NCBI GenBank assembly: GCA_009103225.1
Contig: RHPI01000385.1
Span: 611,921 to 640,050, forward strand
From: Chlorokybus atmophyticus
Lineage: Eukaryota; Plantae; Mesostigma and Chlorokybus algae
Length of the DNA: 28,130 nt
Reading direction: 5' to 3'
The position numbers were made by a program, and so were the translations under genes. Under the pieces are notes generated by a model, which had not been told where the DNA came from, did no database searches, and was given only the letters and a program-made list of their open reading frames with translations. Below are positions 20,698 through 28,130 of this stretch, in pieces; within the stretch, counting starts at the first letter, position 1, and every line of letters starts with the position of its first letter.

Positions 20698-21551
20698 CTC
20701 CCACACGAGCAACTTAACCTTGTACTCCAAGTCCAATGCAACAGGTTTTGAACTTGGTGGGTGGAAGTGGCTTGGTCATGCAGTCAGCTAGCATGTCCTC
20801 TGTACTGCAATACTTGAACTCCACTTCACCACGTGCAACTCTCTCTCTCACCATGTGGTGCACAATGTCAATATGCTTTGTCCTGGTGGATGTGATGGGG
20901 TGCATACTCAACTTGATTGCGCCAAGGTTGTCACAAAGGATTGTGACACAGCTCTCTTGACCTCTATGATGGTGACAGTCATCTCGAACTCCTTGGGCAA
21001 GCCAGCAAGGATGACCCAGACCACCTCCACCTCCTTCACTTCATGTCCAATGGCAAGCAAGTCGTCCCACAGCTGCCTGGCTCGTGAGATGAACTTGATG
21101 ACAGGTTCAGCAACATCCTGCCTCAAAGCATTCAACTGCTTCCTCAACTGCAACTTCCTAGCATTGTTCTTAGCCTTGTAAACCTCAGCAACCTTCTGCC
21201 ACAACTCTCTAGCAGACTTGCAACGTGCAACAAGCGCTAAGTGATGCTGTACTACATTCAATCCTATCAAAGCAAATGCCTGATTTGACCTTCTTTTTGT
21301 GGGTGCGTCCTCCATGTCGAGAGGGCGCTTTGTGGGATCCACCACTGACCATAGATCCTTGTGCATGAGTAGCATCTGCATCCGGATGCTCCATGTCCCA
21401 TAGTTGTCGAGGTCCAGTGGCTCAATGTTCACCTTGTCATAGCTGGTCGCCATGCTTCCCTTGCTAGGTTGCAATGAAGACGGCGCCTCCCCAAGCTAAT
21501 CACCAACTTGTTATCCTATTGTGTAGCTAGTGCTAGTGTGGGCCCATAACC
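20698..21551 (-). pseudogene. Internally deleted B internal region: gag 5' part (21453-20961) fused out of frame to the RNase H C-terminus (20954-20714)
   Basis: About 99% match to 20213-19720 and to 16606-16366; PBS at 21538-21551 and PPT at 20698-20706 are retained. Confidence 0.93.
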
Positions 21552-21937
21552 TGTTGAGAGATTGCACAGTAGCAAGCTAAGCACACAATGCACAAAGTGT
21601 GGCGCCAAAAAACAGAGCAAAGTGGATCTACTGTAATAAGCAACACACAGTGGCTTATATAGTACACTAGTCAACTATAAGTGGTACTAGTCAAAGTCAA
21701 CACTAGTACACACTAGTCAAAGTCAAAGCGTGACTTCTGTAACGGCAGTTGACCGTAACTCCCGTAACCTCCATAACTCCCGTAACTCCTATAACCTCCA
21801 TAACCACTAGTCAAGTCAAAAGGTTGACCAGAGTTGACTTGTAACGACTGTAACCGCCGTTTGACCATAACTGCTAAAAGATAAGTTGATCGTAGAAAAG
21901 TGACACGAAGATAATGGCTGACTCCATTCCTTCAACA
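21552..21937 (-). repeat. B LTR 3 (5' LTR of the array, 386 bp)
   Basis: 3 substitutions plus a 5-nt indel relative to LTR 1. Confidence 0.96.
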
Positions 21938-22074
21938 GAGAAAGATGGTGTCATGGAGACAAGCATCAAGTCCGTGGGAGCAACAGATCCGTGGGAGTGT
22001 TTAGTGGAGTAAGCTAATGTGGGTAAGCTTGCGAGAAGAACTTGGAGTTCAAGATCAAGCAACTCGCGCGGGAG

Positions 22075-22454
22075 TGTTAAATGTTATAGCTTGTTGAAAG
22101 TACATGTATAGGCGGCGCCTACATGTAGTTGGTACGATCAGCTTAACCTTTACAGTTATGGGAGTTACGAGAGTTACGGGAGTTACGGCAGTTATGGTCA
22201 ACCATGGTCAACTTTGACTTTGACCGTTGACTTTGACCATTGATTAGTGTTGACAAGTGTTGACTTGAACCAGAGTTGACTAGAGTTGACTAGTACTTAG
22301 TAGCATAGTATATAAGACACTGCATACTGCTTAATACAGTGGGTCGCACATTGTCTCTATAGTTGGCGTGCTTGCTGCACTTGTCCTTGATGTGTGCACA
22401 CTTGTATGTAGGAGGCAAATACACACACACTTGGCGCATCACTAGTTCTCAACA
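22075..22454 (+). repeat. Family-A LTR shared by A2 (as 3' LTR) and A3 (as 5' LTR), 380 bp
   Basis: Preceded by a PPT-like GCGCGGGAG; followed by the PBS GGTTATGGGCCCAC (22455-22468). Confidence 0.95.
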
Positions 22455-22576
22455 GGTTATGGGCCCACACTCGCTTGTGTGATCGCTTGTGCTAGTGAGA
22501 GAAAGTGTTGAGCATAGGCGCCTACTAATAGAGTGTTCTTGGGGAGAGGGTGAGTTGTACTATTGTGTAGCAAGCA

Positions 22577-23362
22577 ATGGCTGACACAGACAGGATGCCC
22601 AGCGAGTCCCTTGATCTGCACAACTACGCTTCATGGTCGCTGAAGATGAAGTTGGTGCTGATCCGCAAGAAGCTCTGGAGTTATGTCGATCCCACCTCCT
22701 CCACATCATTGCGGCCAAGAACAAGTGACACTGGTACCTGGACAGAGAACTCACAATCAGCTTTTGCGCTGATAGGCTTGCACATCAAAGACTTCCATCT
22801 CCCTCTTATTGCGGACTGCAGGACTGGACGTGAGGCGTGGGAGGTATTCGACACCCTCTTCAAGGCCAACAGCAACTTGCGCAAGTTGCAGCTGAGACGC
22901 AAGCTGACACTTCTGAAGATGGAGCACAAAGAGCCAATCCGAAAGTACATCTCACGTGCAAGGGAGCTTTGGAAAGACCTTGCAGCAGTGGGTCACGATG
23001 TGAAAGAAGAGGAGGTGATGTGGGCAGTCTTGGCTGGCTTAGGAAAGAGCTTTGCTACGCTAGTGACTGTGTTGGAGTCCTCAGATGTGGTGTTGAAGTT
23101 TGCTGATGTAGTGCCTAAGCTGCTAGCTGTGGAAGGCAAGTTGGATGTTTAGGAGATAGAGAATGGAGGAGAACCTACTGCACTTTCGGCCTCATCTTCT
23201 CAAAACACACGAAGCAGGAGCAAAGCAGGTGGTGGGAAGCCATCACGTGACAAAGAGTGTCACTACTGCAAGATGAAGGGCCACTTCATTTGCGAGTGCC
23301 AGAAGAGGATCCACGATGAGGCAACCAAGGAGGAGCACGCCACGATGGCGATTGCTTTCTAG
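22577..23362 (+). pseudogene. gag: gag of A3; open for 191 codons, then CAG>TAG at 23150-23152 before the zinc knuckle
   Basis: ORF 22577..23152 aligned with the A1 gag. Confidence 0.9.
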
Positions 23363-23896
23363 CATTGGTGAGGACCTCAAGGAGTTGCAGTGGATGGTGT
23401 TCGTCCGTCCTCTCCCACTGCAAGGGCACGTGAAGGACATGCGTAGACGGAGATCGCAGACACAAAGGTCTGTGAGAGTTACTACTAGCCTATGAGTAGT
23501 TGCTGGTGTTGAGCTGCATATACTAGAGGTTGCATTGCTGTGGAGTTGTTTTTTGGTAGCACACAGGTGTGTGGTACTGGTTATAACACTTCAATCGATT
23601 GGCATGCAAGGACTGAGTTGTATAGCTAGCTAACAGGAGATGGGAGGCGTGCTTTCCTTGGTAGAAGGGTCTGATCAACCCTTGCACGGCCTACACTTTG
23701 GTACAGCATTGCTAAGGTAAAGAACTCAGTGTAGTTTATAGCATCGTTTGCCATTGAGGGAGTCCTTGAAACTACCTGAGCAAGGTCAGGCGTGGCGTGG
23801 TGGAACCTGATGCGACAACTATGAGGAGGAAACAAGGAGTATTGGAACCTTGTAATCCTGGTGGCAGCATGAGGAGAAAGATGGTGTCATTAAAAT

Positions 23897-24537
23897 GGTG
23901 GGATCGACATAACTCCAGAGCTTCTTGCGGATCAGCACCAACTTCATCTTCAGCGACCATGAAGCGTAGTTGTGCAGATCAAGGGACTCGCTGGGCATCC
24001 TGTCTGTGTCAGCCATTGCTTGCTACACAATAGTACAACTCACCCTCTCCCCAAGAACACTCTACTAGTAGGCGCCTATGCTCAACACTTTCTCTCACTA
24101 GCACAAGCGATCACACAAGCGAGTGTGGGCCCATAACCTGTTGAGAACTAGTGATGCGCCTAGTGTATGTGTATTTGCCTCCTACATACAAGTGTGCACA
24201 CACTAAGGACAAGTGCAGCAAGCACGCCAACTATAGTGACAATATGCGACCCACTGTATTAAGCAGTATACAGTGTCTTATATACTATGCTACTAAGTAC
24301 TAGTCAACTCTAGTCAACTCTGGTCAAAGTCAACACTAGTCAACACTAGTCAACACTAGTCAATGGTCAAAGTCAACGGTCAAAGTCAAAGTTGACCATG
24401 GTTGACCATAACTGCCGTAACTCCCGTAACTCTCGTAACTATCGTAACCCCAATAACTATAAAGGTTAAGCTGATCGTACCAACTACATGTAGGCGCCGC
24501 CTATACATGTACTTTCAACAAGCTACAACATTCAACA
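23897..24537 (-). mobile_element. Copia family A copy 4: inverted 5' fragment (LTR 24537-24139, PBS 24138-24125, first about 40 gag codons from 24016)
   Basis: Reverse complement of 22075-22693; LTR is 399 bp owing to extra repeat units. Confidence 0.94.
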
Positions 24538-24626
24538 TATTGCAGGGGATAGGAAGGAGCCTCATGCACGGACGCATGTTGTGACATTTCCATCAAGGAA
24601 GCAAGAGGAGATGGCTATGAACGCCA

Positions 24627-25145
24627 ATGGTGGTGAGTTATGCAAAAGAGGAGACAACAAAGTACTTTGGGCTTCAAGCACACATTTGCAATGATCAAGG
24701 ACGATGGAGAGAGTGTAAGCTCATTGATAGCGGTGCCAACAGCAACATTATGAGCATTGCTATTGCGCGGCATTGCGGTTGGCTTTTGTCATTACGAGGA
24801 GGTGAAGTGAAGCTCGCTGATGGAGAGCCACCCTCTGGAGGTAATGGCGTTGCGTTTATGACCAAAGAGTTGTGTGTTCGCATTGGGAAGATGAAGGAGA
24901 ACATGCGATTTTGCTGCATCACCTTATGGAACGGGTTTAGCGGGATGTTGGGATTACCGTGGCTATGGCAGCATAATCCATCCATCAATTGGGGAAAGCG
25001 CGTGCTCAGCATCGAACGAAACGGTGGAGAGTCCATTCAAGGCATGCGCGCATGCCCTGCTGAAGAGGAAGATCGCTTTGTGGAAAGCAAGAGAGATTTT
25101 GCCATAGCTGCATTGGACGTCATTGTGGCGCGGCATGTACAATGA
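24627..25145 (+). pseudogene. Gypsy aspartic protease region
   Basis: LIDSGANSNIMS..MLGLPWLWQHNPSINW. Confidence 0.88.
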
Positions 25146-25291
25146 GGTGGTGCAACAATTGACCAGATCTCTTATATGCAATTGAGGAACTTATTGTCTC
25201 CACGGAAGGCAAAGGCTGTATGGTTGTGCGTGGTGCGCAAAAACACTGCAAAGTCAACACTGGAGCTCAGTGAGACATTAACACGGCTACA

Positions 25292-26670
25292 ATGGACCCC
25301 AAGGTGTGTAAACTTGATAAAGAATACCAAGATATCATGGTAGACGGACTTCCATCTGGTCTACCACCTCCATGGAGCGTAGACCACCGTGTGGAGCTGA
25401 TTGAGGGCGTGCACAAGCCATCATATCCACCCGTATATAAGATGTCACCTTTGGAGCTGGAAAAGGCCGAGAGGTAGGTGGCGGACTTGCTGGAAAGAGG
25501 CTAGAGTATGCTGAGTAAGTCCCCTTATGGTGCACCTAATTTGTTAAAATGAAAGCGGAATGGGAGCTTGCGCATGTGCGTCAACTATGGAGTGCTTAAT
25601 AACAGCACGAAGAGGAATTGCTTTCCACTCCCATGTATCGACGAGTTGCTGGAGCAATCGCAAGGTGCGCAGTACTTCACAACACTTGATCTTGCTGGAG
25701 GTTATCACAAAATTTGCATCGCGCCCGAGGATGTGGAGAAAACAGCTTATAACACATGTTATGGGCACTACGAGTGGTTGGTTATGTCATTCGGACGTAT
25801 GAACGCGCCGGCAACATTTTGAACGTTAATGAACAGCGTTTTCGCTGTTTTGATTTGGTAAGGGAGTCTTCGTGTAATATGACGACATCTTGATGTATGC
25901 GTAGACAACAGAGGAGCACGTGGCACTTCTACAGCGCGTGGTGCAGCGTTTGCGCGAACACAAGTTGTACGCCCAGCTACAAAAGTGCAAATTCACACCT
26001 CTTGCTTTGAGAGGTGGAGTGCCTAGGCCACATTGTGTCGCATGAAGGCATCAAGGCGGACCCCAACAAAGTGCAAGTGGTGCGCGAGTGGGCTTCCCCG
26101 ACCAAGGTAAAGGAGGTGATGTCTTTGTTTTTAAGCCTTACGGGGTGTTATTGCAAGTTTATCATGGGGTTTTCGCGCATAGCTGCTCTTAAAATTGCCC
26201 TACTTAAGAAGGGAAAGCCTTGAAGCTGGTCAGCAACAGAGGAACATGCATTTGCTGTGTTGAAGAAGGCGCTGACAGAGGCATCAATTCCGGCTCACCC
26301 CGACATGGAAAAGACATTTATTTGGTTTGTGCGTCCGCCACAGCTATAGGAGCTGTTTTGCAGCAAGACCATGGCAACGGCCTTCAACCAGTAGCATTCT
26401 TCAACTAGAAGTTGAGTGGTGCGGAGCTGAATTACACCGTGCACGAGAAGGAACTTTTGGCCCAAGTAATGGCGCTACGATAATGGCGTTGGTTTCTCGA
26501 AGACAAAAAGTTCGTGCTTGAGACGGATCACTCTTCACTGAGGTACTCACAAACACAACCTCATCTAAGTCGCAAACAAGCACGATAGCTGGAGTTTTTT
26601 CAACTTTTTAAATTTAATATCAAGTACAAGCCCGGTAAATCAAATGGTGTTGCTGACGCACTGAGCCGGC
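25292..26670 (+). pseudogene. Gypsy RT and RNase H, many stops and frameshifts
   Basis: PPVYKMSPLEL; MCVNY..FPLPCIDELL..TLDLAGGYH..NAPATF; *YDDIL; LGHIVSHEGIKADPNKV; ASATAIGAVLQQ; EKELLA; TDHSSL; IKYKPGKSNGVADALSRR. Confidence 0.93.
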
Positions 26671-26859
26671 GTAATGCAATTGAGGCACTCGCACAAGTGC
26701 AGCCCGAGTGGACCGACCAGATTCGGCAAGTGCTTTGTGAAGACGCGGATGGTATGAAAGTGTTGCAAGAGCTGAAAAGTGCAGCCACGGACACAAGTGG
26801 GCATTAGTTAATGCGTGACGGGCTGCTATGGCACTACGGGCGATTGTACATCCCCAACA

Positions 26860-27900
26860 CTGCGCATATGCGTGTGAAGTTGCTAAAGGAAGCTCATGGC
26901 GTGCCCATTGCTGGTCACTAAGGGTTGGAAAGGACTTTGGCAAGCTTAAAGCAGCGTTTTCACTTGCGAGAGATGCATCGTGATGTGCGCGACCATGAGG
27001 CGTTGTGCGATGCATGCCCAAGGGTGAAGGCAAGCAACCAAAAGCCAGGTGGGTTGTTGCAACCTCTTCCTGTGCCATTGCGTATGTGTGAGCAAGTTAC
27101 CATGGACTTTATCACGGGGCTCCCAAAGACAAAAGAAGGGTATGACGCTATACTTGTGTTCATTGACAAAATTAGCAAAATGGTACGCTTGGCACCGTGT
27201 AGTGAGTCTTGCACGGCGCCGGAGGCAGCACATTTGTTGTGAAGCATATGTTTTATTCTCATGGAGTACCATGAAGCATTGTCAGTGATTGCAACCCGCG
27301 CTGACATCTGTGCTTGCATTGTGGTGGTGGTTGATCGCAAACTGGCGAGCAAATGGAGCGGGCCAACCATGTGATTGAAGACATACTGCGTTGCTACGTT
27401 ACCGGGCGACAAGACACCTGGGCAGAGTTGCTCGAGTTGGTGGAGTTTGCGATCAACCACCACCACATTGCAAGCACAGATGTCACTCCCTTCTTTATGA
27501 AATACGGGCAACATCCATTGACACCGCTGACGATATGAACACCGTGACGACATGACATGCGTGTGGAGGCAGCTAATGACTTCCTCATGAAGTGCGCGGA
27601 CATTAACAAGGCAGCTAGGGAGGCGCTTTTGGTGGCACAAAACAGGAAGCAGTACGCGGATGCGCATCACCGACACCTCACATTTCAGGAAGGCGATATT
27701 GTGTTACTCTTCGTACAGCATGTACATGTGCGTACGGGAGTTTGCAAGCTAAATGAACGCTGACTTGGACCATTTAAGGTCGGCAAAGTTTCTTTCGACG
27801 TGGCGTACAAGCTGGAGCTACCAAACACCATGCGTGTGCACCCCGTTTTTCACGCCTCCCTTTTAAAAGCATATCGAGGACCATTGCTAGAATGGCCGCC
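26860..27900 (+). pseudogene. Gypsy integrase (HHCC, core, C-terminal GPF/Y module)
   Basis: EAHGVPIAGH..CDAC..GLLQPLPVP..TMDFITGLP..VFIDKISK; MERANHVIE; LGPFKV..AYKLELP..VHPVFHASLLK. Confidence 0.93.
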
Positions 27901-27919
27901 CCCCAAAATTGGCACGGAT

Positions 27920-28075
27920 GGTGAATCAGAGTGGGAGGGGTAAGACATCTTTGGTGAGAATTTGTGCACAACGCACACAAGTTCTTAATGAAATGACAGG
28001 GCTATCCATTCCATGAAGCATCATGGGAGCCATAGGCACACTTGGCTAATGCTTGAGACATTGTGCATGACTATG
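27920..28075 (+). pseudogene. Integrase chromodomain remnant
   Basis: Manual translation: ESEWEG*DI..FLMK*QGYPFHEASWEP*AHLANA*DIVHDY. Confidence 0.82.
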
Positions 28076-28130
28076 CTGCTCTACAACATCCTCGCGAGCT
28101 TTGAGGACGTAGCTCACCTGGGGGGGTGGA

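Larger units (their letters stand above)
15959..21937 (-). mobile_element. Copia family B three-LTR tandem (LTR-mini internal-LTR-full internal-LTR), 5979 bp
   Basis: LTRs at 15959-16349, 20312-20697 and 21552-21937; perfect TSD GAGAA at 15954-15958 and 21938-21942. Confidence 0.95.
14990..22454 (+). mobile_element. Copia family A copy 2, 5'-truncated in gag, interrupted by the B array (15959-21937); ends in LTR 22075-22454
   Basis: 14990-15958 and 21938-22074 are collinear with A1 11385-12468; the empty site GAGGAGAAAGATGG is restored by removing B. Confidence 0.9.
22075..23890 (+). mobile_element. Copia family A copy 3, lacking its 3' LTR
   Basis: LTR, PBS, gag and the 3' non-coding region are collinear with A1 up to ATGGTGTCAT. 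Confidence 0.92.
24538..28130 (+). mobile_element. Ty3/gypsy chromovirus-type element, heavily decayed; gag and 5' LTR absent
   Basis: PR-RT-RH-IN-chromodomain order; G-run at 28120-28126 as a probable PPT after TTGAGGAC. Confidence 0.92.

Noticed and set aside
24538-24542. TSD partner for the A4 outer flank (TATTG)
   Set aside because: No matching 5-mer at any other A boundary in the window (GCTTC, GTGTA, ATGTA or the 23890 junction). The inversion cannot be explained as one intact insertion.

Overview
The window is a eukaryotic nested retrotransposon cluster, probably from a green alga or another Viridiplantae host (inferred). I see no host gene, RNA gene, CRISPR array or prokaryotic system. 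From left to right: (1) a decayed tyrosine-recombinase (DIRS-order) retrotransposon with RT-RNaseH-Dam-like MT on + and YR on the opposite strand (kangaroo/PAT-like layout), interrupted by a 483-bp solo LTR; (2) about 1.3 kb of unassigned sequence; (3) a second DIRS element on - (gag with CCHC knuckle, RT, RH, MT, truncated YR), split by a 2.3-kb LTR element; (4) five pieces of a gag-only, pol-less Ty1/copia family ('A'); (5) a near-intact Ty1/copia ('B') forming a three-LTR tandem with an internally deleted sister, bracketed by one GAGAA target-site duplication inside an A copy; (6) a decayed chromodomain-bearing Ty3/gypsy pol. Best leads: family A as an amplified gag-only parasite sharing PBS, 3' cis element and LTR termini with B; dense TTGACY (W-box-like) arrays in the A and B LTRs; shared-LTR tandems in both families; a 630-bp perfectly identical tract between otherwise diverged A copies; and an A/A fold-back inversion. 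All alignments and counts were done by eye.
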